This document shows positions 11,598 to 24,000 of a stretch of DNA of 64,000 nt, piece after piece. This DNA is from the human T2T-CHM13v2.0 reference genome, Homo sapiens. The stretch lies in NCBI RefSeq assembly GCF_009914755.1, contig NC_060942.1; one strand, 5' to 3'. Both the position numbers and the translations under genes were made by a program. Within the stretch, counting starts at the first letter, position 1. The number at the start of each line of letters is the position of its first letter. Under the pieces are notes generated by a model. That model did not search any database. It had not been told where the DNA came from and was given only the letters and a program-made list of their open reading frames with translations.

Positions 11598-14500
11598 CAT
11601 TCTCAGAAACTAGTTTCTGATGTGTGTCCTCAACTAACACAGTTGAACATTTCTTTAGACAGAACAGTTTTGAAACTCTCTTTTTGTGGAATCTGCAAGT
11701 GGCTATTTGGCTAGATTTGAGGATTTCGTTGGAAACGGGATTACATATAAAAAGCAGACAGCAGCATTCTCAGAAAGTTCTTTGTGATGATTGCATTCAA
11801 GTCACAGAATTGAACATTCCCTTTCACAGAGCAGTTTTGAAACACTCTTTTTATAGTGTGTGTAAGTGGACATTTGGAGCACTTTCCGGCCTAAGGTGAA
11901 AAAGGAAATATCTTCCCATAAAAACTAGACAGAAGCATTCTCAGAAACTTACTCGTGATGTGTGTCCTCAACTAAAGGAGTAGAACCTTTCTTTTCATAG
12001 AGAAGTTTTGAAACGCTCTTTTTGTGGAATCTGCAAGTGGATATTTGGCTAGTTTGGAGGATTTCGTTGGAAGCGGGAATTCATACAAATTGCAGACTGC
12101 AGCGTTCTGAGAAACATCTTTGTGATGTTTGTATTCAGGACACAGAGTTGAACATTCCCTATCATAGAGCAGGTTTGAATCACTCCTTTTGTAGTATCTG
12201 GAAGTGGACATTTGGAGCGCTTTCAGGCCTATGTTGGAAAAGGAAATATCTTCCCATAACAACTAGACAGAAGCATTCTCAGAAACTTATTTGAGATGTG
12301 TGTACTCAACTAAGAGAATTGAACCACCGTTTTGAAGGAGCAGTTTTGAAACACTCTTTTTCTGGAATCTGCAAGTGGATATTTGGCTAGCTTTGGGGAT
12401 TTCGCTGGAAGCGGGAATACATATAAAAAGCACACAGCAGCGTTCTGAGAAACTGCTTTCTGATGTTTGCATTCAAGTCAAAAGTTGAACACTCCCTTTC
12501 ATAGTGCAGTCTGAAACACTCCTTTTGTAGTATCTGGAACTGGACTTTTGGAGCGCTTTCAGGGCTAAGGTGAAAAAGGAAATATCTTCCCATAAAAACT
12601 GGACAGAAGCATTCTCAGAAACTTGTTTATGCTGTATCTACTCAACTAACAAAGTTGAACCTTTCTTTTGATAGAGCAGTTTTGAAATGCTCTTTTTGTG
12701 GAATCTGCAAGTGGATATTTGGCTAGTTTTGAGGATTTCGTTGGAAGCGGGAATTCATACAAATTGCAGACTGCAGCGTTCTGAGAAACATCTTTGTGAT
12801 GTTTGTATTCAGGACAGAGAGTTGAACATTCCCTATCATAGAGCAGGTTGGAATCACTCCTTTTGTAGTATCTGGAAGTGGACATTTGGAGCGCTTTCAG
12901 GCCTATGTTGAAAAAGGAAATATCTTCCCATAACAACTAGACACAAGCATTCTCAGAAACTTGTTTGTGATGTGTGCCCTCTACTGACAGAGTTGAACCT
13001 TTCTTTTCATAGAGCAGTTTTGAAACACTCTTTTTGTAGAATCTGCAAGAGGATATTTGCATAGCTTTGAGGATTTCGTGGGAAACGGGATTGTCTTCAG
13101 GTAAAATCTAGACAGAAGCATTCTCAGAAACTTCTTTGGGATGTTTGCATTCAAGTCACAGAGTAGAACATTCCCTTTGGTAGAGCAGGTTTGAAACACT
13201 CTTTTTGTAGTATCTGGAAGTGGACATTTGGAGCGCTTTCAGGCCTATGTTGGAAAGGGAAATATCTTCCCGTAACAACTAGGCAGAAGCATTCTCAGAA
13301 ACTTATTTGAGATGTGTGTACTCAACTAAGAGAATTGAACCACCGTTTGAAGGAGCAGTTTTGAAACACTCTTTTTCTGGAATCTGCAAGAGGATATTTG
13401 CCTAGCCTTGAGGATTTCGTTGGAAACGGGATTGTCTTCAGATCAAATCTAGACAGAAGCATTCTCAGAAACTTCTTTGGGATGTTTGCATTCAAGTCAC
13501 AGAGTAGAACATTCCCTTTGGTAGAGCAGGTTTGAAACACTCTTTTTTTAGTATATGGAAGTGGACATTTGGAGCGCTTTCAGGCCTACGTTGGAAAAGG
13601 AAATATCTTCCCATAACAACTAGACAGAAGCATTCTCAGAAACTAGTTTCTGATGTGTGTCCTCAACTAACACAGTTGAACATTTCTTTAGACAGAACAG
13701 TTTTGAAACTCTCTTTTTGTGGAATCTGCAAGTGGCTATTTGGCTAGATTTGAGGATTTCGTTGGAAACGGGATTACATATAAAAAGCAGACAGCAGCAT
13801 TCTCAGAAAGTTCTTTGTGATGATTGCATTCAAGTCACAGAATTGAACATTCCCTTTCACAGAGCAGGTTTGAAACACTCTTTTTATAGTGTGTGTAAGT
13901 GGACATTTGGAGCACTTTCCGGCCTAAGGTGAAAAAGGAAATATCTTCCCATAAAAACTAGACAGAAGCATTCTCAGAAACTTACTCGTGATGTGTGTCC
14001 TCAACTAAAGGAGTAGAACCTTTCTTTTCATAGAGAAGTTTTGAAACGCTCTTTTTGTGGAATCTGCAAGTGGATATTTGGCTAGTTTGGAGGATTTCGT
14101 TGGAAGCGGGAATTCATACAAATTGCAGACTGCAGCGTTCTGAGAAACATCTTTGTGATGTTTGTATTCAGGACACAGAGTTGAACATTCCCTATCATAG
14201 AGCAGGTTGGAATCACTCCTTTTGTAGTATCTGGAAGTGGACATTTGGAGCGCTTTCAGGCCTATGTTGGAAAAGGAAATATCTTCCCATAACAACTAGA
14301 CAGAAGCATTCTCAGAAACTTATTTGAGATGTGTGTACTCAACTAAGAGAATTGAACCACCGTTTTGAAGGAGCAGTTTTGAAACACTCTTTTTCTGGAA
14401 TCTGCAAGTGGATATTTGGCTAGCTTTGGGGATTTCGCTGGAGGCGGGAATACATATAAAAAGCACACAGCAGCGTTCTGAGAAACTGCTTTCTGATGTT

Positions 14501-15665
14501 TGCATTCAAGTCAAAAGTTGAACACTCCCTTTCATAGAGCAGTCCTGAAACACTCCTTTTGTAGTATCTGGAACTGGACTTTTGGAGCGCTTTCAGGGCT
14601 AAGGTGAAAAAGGAAATATCTTCCCATAAAAACTGGACAGAAGCATTCTCAGAAACTTGTTTATGCTGTATCTACTCAACTAACAAAGTTGAACCTTTCT
14701 TTTGATAGAGCAGTTTTGAAATGCTCTTTTTGTGGAATCTGCAAGTGGATATTTGGCTAGTTTTGAGGATTTCGTTGGAAGCGGGAATTCATACAAATTG
14801 CAGACTGCAGCGTTCTGAGAAACATCTTTGTGATGTTTGTATTCAGGACAGAGAGTTGAACATTCCCTATCATAGAGCAGGTTGGAATCACTCCTTTTGT
14901 AGTATCTGGAAGTGGACATTTGGAGCGCTTTCTGGCCTATGTTGAAAAAGGAAATATCTTCCCATAACAACTAGACACAAGCATTCTCAGAAACTTGTTT
15001 GTGATGTGTGCCCTCTACTGACAGAGTTGAACCTTTCTTTTCATAGAGCAGTTTTGAAACACTCTTTTTGTAGAATCTGCAAGAGGATATTTGCATAGCT
15101 TTGAGGATTTCGTGGGAAACGGGATTGTCTTCAGGTAAAATCTAGACAGAAGCATTCTCAGAAACTTCTTTGGGATGTTTGCATTCAAGTCACAGAGTAG
15201 AACATTCCCTTTGGTAGAGCAGGTTTGAAACACTCTTTTTGTAGTATCTGGAAGTGGACATTTGGAGCGCTTTCAGGCCTATGTTGGAAAGGGAAATATC
15301 TTCCGGTAACAACTAGGCAGAAGCATTCTCAGAAACTTATTTGAGATGTGTGTACTCAACTAAGAGAATTGAACCACCGTTTTGAAGGAGCAGTTTTGAA
15401 ACACTCTTTTTCTGGAATCTGCAAGAGGATATTTGCCTAGCTTTGAGGATTTCGTTGGAAACGGGATTGTGTTCAGATCAAATCTAGACAGAAGCATTCT
15501 CAGAAACTTCTTTGGGATGTTTGCATTCAAGTCACAGAGTAGAACATTCCCTTTGGTAGAGCAGGTGTGAAACACTCTTTTTTTAGTATATGGAAGTGGA
15601 CATTTGGAGCGCTTTCAGGCCTACGTTGGAAAACGAAATATCTTCCCATAACAACTAGACAGAAG

Positions 15666-16340
15666 CATTCTCAGAAACTAGTTTCTGATGTGTGTCCTCA
15701 ACTAACACAGTTGAACATTTCTTTAGACAGAACAGTTTTGAAACTCTCTTTTTGTGGAATCTGCAAGTGGCTATTTGGCTAGATTTGAGGATTTCGTTGG
15801 AAACGGGATTACATATAAAAAGCAGACAGCAGCATTCTCAGAAAGTTCTTTGTGATGATTGCATTCAAGTCACAGAATTGAACATTCCCTTTCACAGAGC
15901 AGGTTTGAAACACTCTTTTTGTAGTGTGTGTAAGTGGACATTTGGAGCACTTTCCGGCCTAAGGTGAGAAAGGAAATATCTTCCCATAAAAACTAGACAG
16001 AAGCATTCTCAGAAACTTACTCGTGATGTGTGTCCTCAACTAAAGGAGTAGAACCTTTCTTTCATACAGAAGTTTCGAAACGCTCTTTTTGTGGAATCTG
16101 CAAGTGGATATTTGGCTAGTTTGGAGGATTTCGTTGGAAGGGGGAATTCATACAAATTGCAGACTGCAGCGTTCTGAGAAACATCTTTGTGATGTTTGTA
16201 TTCAGGACACAGAGTTGAACATTCCCTATCATAGAGCAGGTTGGAATCACTCCTTTTGTAGTATCTGGAAGTGGACATTTGGAGCGCTTTCAGGCCTACG
16301 TTGGAAAAGGAAATATCTTCCCATAACAACTAGACAGAAG
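15666..16340 (+). repeat. 4-mer HOR variant, copy 3 (m4/m12 hybrid end)
   Basis: ORF 15692 to 16367; ends with m12-type ggcctacgtt at 16299. Confidence 0.94.
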
Positions 16341-19300
16341 CATTCTCAGAAACTAGTTTCTGATGTGTGTCCTCAACTAACACAGTTGAACATTTCTTTA
16401 GACAGAACAGTTTTGAAACACTCTTTTTGTGGAATCTGCAAGTGGCTATTTGGCTAGATTTGAGGATTTCGTTGGAAACGGGATTACATATAAAAAGCAG
16501 ACAGCAGCATTCTCAGAAAGTTCTTTGTGATGATTGCATTCAAGTCACAGAATTGAACATTCCCTTTCACAGAGCAGGTTTGAAAGACTCTTTTTGTAGT
16601 GTGTGTAAGTGGACATTTGGAGCACTTTCCGGCCTAAGGTGAAAAAGGAAATATCTTCCCATAAAAACTAGACAGAAGCACTCTCAGAAACTTACTCGTG
16701 ATGTGTGTCCTCAACTAAAGGAGTAGAACCTTTCTTTTCATAGAGAAGTTTTGAAACGCTCTTTTTGTGGAATCTGCAAGTGGATATTTGGCTAGTTTGG
16801 AGGATTTCGTTGGAAGCGGGAATTCATACAAATTGCAGACTGCAGCGTTCTGAGAAACATCTTTGTGATGTTTGTATTCAGGACACAGAGTTGAACATTC
16901 CCTATCATAGAGCAGGTTTGAATCACTCCTTTTGTAGTATCTGGAAGTGGACATTTGGAGCGCTTTCAGGCCTATGTTGGAAAAGGAAATATCTTCCCAT
17001 AACAACTAGACAGAAGCATTCTCAGAAACTTATTTGAGATGTGTGTACTCAACTAAGAGAATTGAACCACCGTTTTGAAGGAGCAGTTTTGAAACACTCT
17101 TTTTCTGGAATCTGCAAGTGGATATTTGGCTAGCTTTGGGGATTTCGCTGGAAGCGGGAATACATATAAAAAGCACACAGCAGCGTTCTGAGAAACTGCT
17201 TTCTGATGTTTGCATTCAAGTCAAAAGTTGAACACTCCCTTTCATAGAGCAGTCCTGAAACACTCCTTTTGTAGTATCTGGAACTGGACTTTTGGAGCGC
17301 TTTCAGGGCTAAGGTGAAAAAGGAAATATCTTCCCATAAAAACTGGACAGAAGCATTCTCAGAAACTTGTTTATGCTGTATCTACTCAACTAACAAAGTT
17401 GAACCTTTCTTTTGATAGAGCAGTTTTGAAATGCTCTTTTTGTGGAATCTGCAAGTGGATATTTGGCTAGTTTTGAGGATTTCGTTGGAAGCGGGAATTC
17501 ATACAAATTGCAGACTGCAGCGTTCTGAGAAACATCTTTGTGATGTTTGTATTCAGGACAGAGAGTTGAACATTCCCTATCATAGAGCAGGTTGGAATCA
17601 CTCCTTTTGTAGTATCTGGAAGTGGACATTTGGAGCGCTTTCAGGCCTATGTTGAAAAAGGAAATATCTTCCCATAACAACTAGACACAAGCATTCTCAG
17701 AAACTTGTTTGTGATGTGTGCCCTCTACTGACAGAGTTGAACCTTTCTTTTCATAGAGCAGTTTTGAAACACTCTTTTTGTAGAATCTGCAAGAGGATAT
17801 TTGCATAGCTTTGAGGATTTCGTGGGAAACGGGATTGTCTTCAGGTAAAATCTAGACAGAAGCATTCTCAGAAACTTCTTTGGGATGTTTGCATTCAAGT
17901 CACAGAGTAGAACATTCCCTTTGGTAGAGCAGGTTTGAAACACTCTTTTTGTAGTATCTGGAAGTGGACATTTGGAGCGCTTTCAGGCCTATGTTGGAAA
18001 GGGAAATATCTTCCCGTAACAACTAGGCAGAAGCATTCTCAGAAACTTATTTGAGATGTGTGTACTCAACTAAGAGAATTGAACCACCGTTTTGAAGGAG
18101 CAGTTTTGAAACACTCTTTTTCTGGAATCTGCAAGAGGATATTTGCCTAGCCTTGAGGATTTCGTTGGAAACGGGATTGTCTTCAGATCAAATCTAGACA
18201 GAAGCATTCTCAGAAACTTCTTTGGGATGTTTGCATTCAAGTCACAGAGTAGAACATTCCCTTTGGTAGAGCAGGTTTGAAACACTCTTTTTTTAGTATA
18301 TGGAAGTGGACATTTGGAGCGCTTTCAGGCCTACGTTGGAAAAGGAAATATCTTCCCATAACAACTAGACAGAAGCATTCTCAGAAACTAGTTTCTGATG
18401 TGTGTCCTCAACTAACACAGTTGAACATTTCCTTAGACAGAACAGTTTTGAAACTCTCTTTTTGTGGAATCTGCAAGTGGCTATTTGGCTAGATTTGAGG
18501 ATTTCGTTGGAAACGGGATTACATATAAAAAGCAGACAGCAGCATTCTCAGAAAGTTCTTTGTGATGATTGCATTCAAGTCACAGAATTGAACATTCCCT
18601 TTCACAGAGCAGGTTTGAAACACTCTTTTTATAGTGTGTGTAAGTGGACATTTGGAGCACTTTCCGGCCTAAGGTGAAAAAGGAAATATCTTCCCATAAA
18701 AACTAGACAGAAGCATTCTCAGAAACTTACTCGTGATGTGTGTCCTCAACTAAAGGAGTAGAACCTTTCTTTTCATAGAGAAGTTTTGAAACGCTCTTTT
18801 TGTGGAATCTGCAAGTGGATATTTGGCTAGTTTGGAGGATTTCGTTGGAAGCGGGAATTCATACAAATTGCAGACTGCAGCGTTCTGAGAAACATCTTTG
18901 TGATGTTTGTATTCAGGACACAGAGTTGAACATTCCCTATCATAGAGCAGGTTGGAATCACTCCTTTTGTAGTATCTGGAAGTGGACATTTGGAGCGCTT
19001 TCAGGCCTATGTTGGAAAAGGAAATATCTTCCCATAACAACTAGACAGAAGCATTCTCAGAAACTTATTTGAGATGTGTGTACTCAACTAAGAGAATTGA
19101 ACCACCGTTTTGAAGGAGCAGTTTTGAAACACTCTTTTTCTGGAATCTGCAAGTGGATATTTGGCTAGCTTTGGGGATTTCGCTGGAGGCGGGAATACAT
19201 ATAAAAAGCACACAGCAGCGTTCTGAGAAACTGCTTTCTGATGTTTGCATTCAAGTCAAAAGTTGAACACTCCCTTTCATAGAGCAGTCCTGAAACACTC

Positions 19301-20410
19301 CTTTTGTAGTATCTGGAACTGGACTTTTGGAGCGCTTTCAGGGCTAAGGTGAAAAAGGAAATATCTTCCCATAAAAACTGGACAGAAGCATTCTCAGAAA
19401 CTTATTTATGCTGTATCTACTCAACTAACAAAGTTGAACCTTTCTTTTGATAGAGCAGTTTTGAAATGCTCTTTTTGTGGAATCTGCAAGTGGATATTTG
19501 GCTAGTTTTGAGGATTTCGTTGGAAGCGGGAATTCATACAAATTGCAGACTGCAGCGTTCTGAGAAACATCTTTGTGATGTTTGTATTCAGGACAGAGAG
19601 TTGAACATTCCCTATCATAGAGCAGGTTGGAATCACTCCTTTTGTAGTATCTGGAAGTGGACATTTGGAGCGCTTTCTGGCCTATGTTGAAAAAGGAAAT
19701 ATCTTCCCATAACAACTAGACACAAGCATTCTCAGAAACTTGTTTGTGATGTGTGCCCTCTACTGACAGAGTTGAACCTTTCTTTTCATAGAGCAGTTTT
19801 GAAACACTCTTTTTGTAGAATCTGCAAGAGGATATTTGCATAGCTTTGAGGATTTCGTGGGAAACGGGATTGTCTTCAGGTAAAATCTAGACAGAAGCAT
19901 TCTCAGAAACTTCTTTGGGATGTTTGCATTCAAGTCACAGAGTAGAACATTCCCTTTGGTAGAGCAGGTTTGAAACACTCTTTTTGTAGTATCTGGAAGT
20001 GGACATTTGGAGCGCTTTCAGGCCTATGTTGGAAAGGGAAATATCTTCCGGTAACAACTAGGCAGAAGCATTCTCAGAAACTTATTTGAGATGTGTGTAC
20101 TCAACTAAGAGAATTGAACCACCGTTTTGAAGGAGCAGTTTTGAAACACTCTTTTTCTGGAATCTGCAAGAGGATATTTGCCTAGCTTTGAGGATTTCGT
20201 TGGAAACGGGATTGTCTTCAGATCAAATCTAGACAGAAGCATTCTCAGAAACTTCTTTGGGATGTTTGCATTCAAGTCACAGAGTAGAACATTCCCTTTG
20301 GTAGAGCAGGTGTGAAACACTCTTTTTTTAGTATATGGAAGTGGACATTTGGAGCGCTTTCAGGCCTACGTTGGAAAACGAAATATCTTCCCATAACAAC
20401 TAGACAGAAG

Positions 20411-21085
20411 CATTCTCAGAAACTAGTTTCTGATGTGTGTCCTCAACTAACACAGTTGAACATTTCTTTAGACAGAACAGTTTTGAAACTCTCTTTTTGT
20501 GGAATCTGCAAGTGGCTATTTGGCTAGATTTGAGGATTTCGTTGGAAACGGGATTACATATAAAAAGCAGACAGCAGCATTCTCAGAAAGTTCTTTGTGA
20601 TGATTGCATTCAAGTCACAGAATTGAACATTCCCTTTCACAGAGCAGGTTTGAAACACTCTTTTTGTAGTGTGTGTAAGTGGACATTTGGAGCACTTTCC
20701 GGCCTAAGGTGAGAAAGGAAATATCTTCCCATAAAAACTAGACAGAAGCATTCTCAGAAACTTACTCGTGATGTGTGTCCTCAACTAAAGGAGTAGAACC
20801 TTTCTTTCATAGAGAAGTTTTGAAACGCTCTTTTTGTGGAATCTGCAAGTGGATATTTGGCTAGTTTGGAGGATTTCGTTGGAAGCGGGAATTCATACAA
20901 ATTGCAGACTGCAGCGTTCTGAGAAACATCTTTGTGATGTTTGTATTCAGGACACAGAGTTGAACATTCCCTATCATAGAGCAGGTTGGAATCACTCCTT
21001 TTGTAGTATCTGGAAGTGGACATTTGGAGCGCTTTCAGGCCTACGTTGGAAAAGGAAATATCTTCCCATAACAACTAGACAGAAG
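20411..21085 (+). repeat. 4-mer HOR variant, copy 4 (m4/m12 hybrid end)
   Basis: ORF 20437 to 21112; ggcctacgtt at 21044. Confidence 0.94.
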
Positions 21086-24000
21086 CATTCTCAGAAACTA
21101 GTTTCTGATGTGTGTCCTCAACTAACACAGTTGAACATTTCTTTAGACAGAACAGTTTTGAAACTCTCTTTTTGTGGAATCTGCAAGTGGCTATTTGGCT
21201 AGATTTGAGGATTTCGTTGGAAACGGGATTACATATAAAAAGCAGACAGCAGCATTCTCAGAAAGTTCTTTGTGATGATTGCATTGAAGTCACAGAATTC
21301 AACATTCCCTTTCACAGAGCAGGTTTGAAACACTCTTTTTATAGTGTGTGTAAGTGGACATTTGGAGCACTTTCCGGCCTAAGGTGAAAAAGGAAATATC
21401 TTCCCATAAAAACTAGACAGAAGCATTCTCAGAAACTTACTCGTGATGTGTGTCCTCAACTAAAGGAGTAGAACCTTTCTTTTCATAGAGAAGTTTTGAA
21501 ACGCTCTTTTTGTGGAATCTGCAAGTGGATATTTGGCTAGTTTGGAGGATTTCGTTGGAAGCGGGAATTCATACAAATTGCAGACTGCAGCGTTCTGAGA
21601 AACATCTTTGTGATGTTTGTATTCAGGACACAGAGTTGAACATTCCCTATCATAGAGCAGGTTGGAATCACTCCTTTTGTAGTATCTGGAAGTGGACATT
21701 TGGAGCGCTTTCAGGCCTATGTTGGAAAAGGAAATATCTTCCCATAACAACTAGACAGAAGCATTCTCAGAAACTTATTTGAGATGTGTGTACTCAACTA
21801 AGAGAATTGAACCACCGTTTTGAAGGAGCAGTTTTGAAACACTCTTTTTCTGGAATCTGCAAGTGGATATTTGGCTAGCTTTGGGGATTTCGCTGGAGGC
21901 GGGAATACATATAAAAAGCACACAGCAGCGTTCTGAGAAACTGCTTTCTGATGTTTGCATTCAAGTCAAAAGTTGAACACTCCCTTTCATAGAGCAGTCC
22001 TGAAACACTCCTTTTGTAGTATCTGGAACTGGACTTTTGGAGCGCTTTCAGGGCTAAGGTGAAAAAGGAAATATCTTCCCATAAAAACTGGACAGAAGCA
22101 TTCTCAGAAACTTGTTTATGCTGTATCTACTCAACTAACAAAGTTGAACCTTTCTTTTGATAGAGCAGTTTTGAAATGCTCTTTTTGTGGAATCTGCAAG
22201 TGGATATTTGGCTAGTTTTGAGGATTTCGTTGGAAGCGGGAATTCATACAAATTGCAGACTGCAGCGTTCTGAGAAACATCTTTGTGATGTTTGTATTCA
22301 GGACAGAGAGTTGAACATTCCCTATCATAGAGCAGGTTGGAATCACTCCTTTTGTAGTATCTGGAAGTGGACATTTGGAGCGCTTTCAGGCCTATGTTGA
22401 AAAAGGAAATATCTTCCCATAACAACTAGACACAAGCATTCTCAGAAACTTGTTTGTGATGTGTGCCCTCTACTGACAGAGTTGAACCTTTCTTTTCATA
22501 GAGCAGTTTTGAAACACTCTTTTTGTAGAATCTGCAAGAGGATATTTGCATAGCTTTGAGGATTTCGTGGGAAACGGGATTGTCTTCAGGTAAAATCTAG
22601 ACAGAAGCATTCTCAGAAACTTCTTTGGGATGTTTGCATTCAAGTCACAGAGTAGAACATTCCCTTTGGTAGAGCAGGTTTGAAACACTCTTTTTGTAGT
22701 ATCTGGAAGTGGACATTTGGAGCGCTTTCAGGCCTATGTTGGAAAGGGAAATATCTTCCCGTAACAACTAGGCAGAAGCATTCTCAGAAACTTATTTGAG
22801 ATGTGTGTACTCAACTAAGAGAATTGAACCACCGTTTGAAGGAGCAGTTTTGAAACACTCTTTTTCTGGAATCTGCAAGAGGATATTTGCCTAGCCTTGA
22901 GGATTTCGTTGGAAACGGGATTGTCTTCAGATCAAATCTAGACAGAAGCATTCTCAGAAACTTCTTTGGGATGTTTGCATTCAAGTCACAGAGTAGAACA
23001 TTCCCTTTGGTAGAGCAGGTTTGAAACACTCTTTTTTTAGTATATGGAAGTGGACATTTGGAGCGCTTTCAGGCCTACGTTGGAAAAGGAAATATCTTCC
23101 CATAACAACTAGACAGAAGCATTCTCAGAAACTAGTTTCTGATGTGTGTCCTCAACTAACACAGTTGAACATTTCTTTAGACAGAACAGTTTTGAAACTC
23201 TCTTTTTGTGGAATCTGCAAGTGGCTATTTGGCTAGATTTGAGGATTTCGTTGGAAACGGGATTACATATAAAAAGCAGACAGCAGCATTCTCAGAAAGT
23301 TCTTTGTGATGATTGCATTCAAGTCACAGAATTGAACATTCCCTTTCACAGAGCAGGTTTGAAACACTCTTTTTATAGTGTGTGTAAGTGGACATTTGGA
23401 GCACTTTCCGGCCTAAGGTGAAAAAGGAAATATCTTCCCATAAAAACTAGACAGAAGCATTCTCAGAAACTTACTCGTGATGTGTGTCCTCAACTAAAGG
23501 AGTAGAACCTTTCTTTTCATAGAGAAGTTTTGAAACGCTCTTTTTGTGGAATCTGCAAGTGGATATTTGGCTAGTTTGGAGGATTTCGTTGGAAGCGGGA
23601 ATTCATACAAATTGCAGACTGCAGCGTTCTGAGAAACATCTTTGTGATGTTTGTATTCAGGACACAGAGTTGAACATTCCCTATCATAGAGCAGGTTGGA
23701 ATCACTCCTTTTGTAGTATCTGGAAGTGGACATTTGGAGCGCTTTCAGGCCTATGTTGGAAAAGGAAATATCTTCCCATAACAACTAGACAGAAGCATTC
23801 TCAGAAACTTATTTGAGATGTGTGTACTCAACTAAGAGAATTGAACCACCGTTTTGAAGGAGCAGTTTTGAAACACTCTTTTTCTGGAATCTGCAAGTGG
23901 ATATTTGGCTAGCTTTGGGGATTTCGCTGGAGGCGGGAATACATATAAAAAGCACACAGCAGCGTTCTGAGAAACTGCTTTCTGATGTTTGCATTCAAGT

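Noticed and set aside
14433-14449. m5 box allele tttcgctggaGgcggga, and m7 allele tttcgCtgg at 35781-35797, as possible CENP-B box losses
   Set aside because: The changes fall outside the nine core positions, so binding is predicted to be retained. The m5 allele was used only as a haplotype marker.
21286-21300. Paired private substitutions creating an extra EcoRI site (21295); similar pair at 43211/43217
   Set aside because: Only two changes each, with no clear donor monomer; cannot be distinguished from point mutations or sequencing error.
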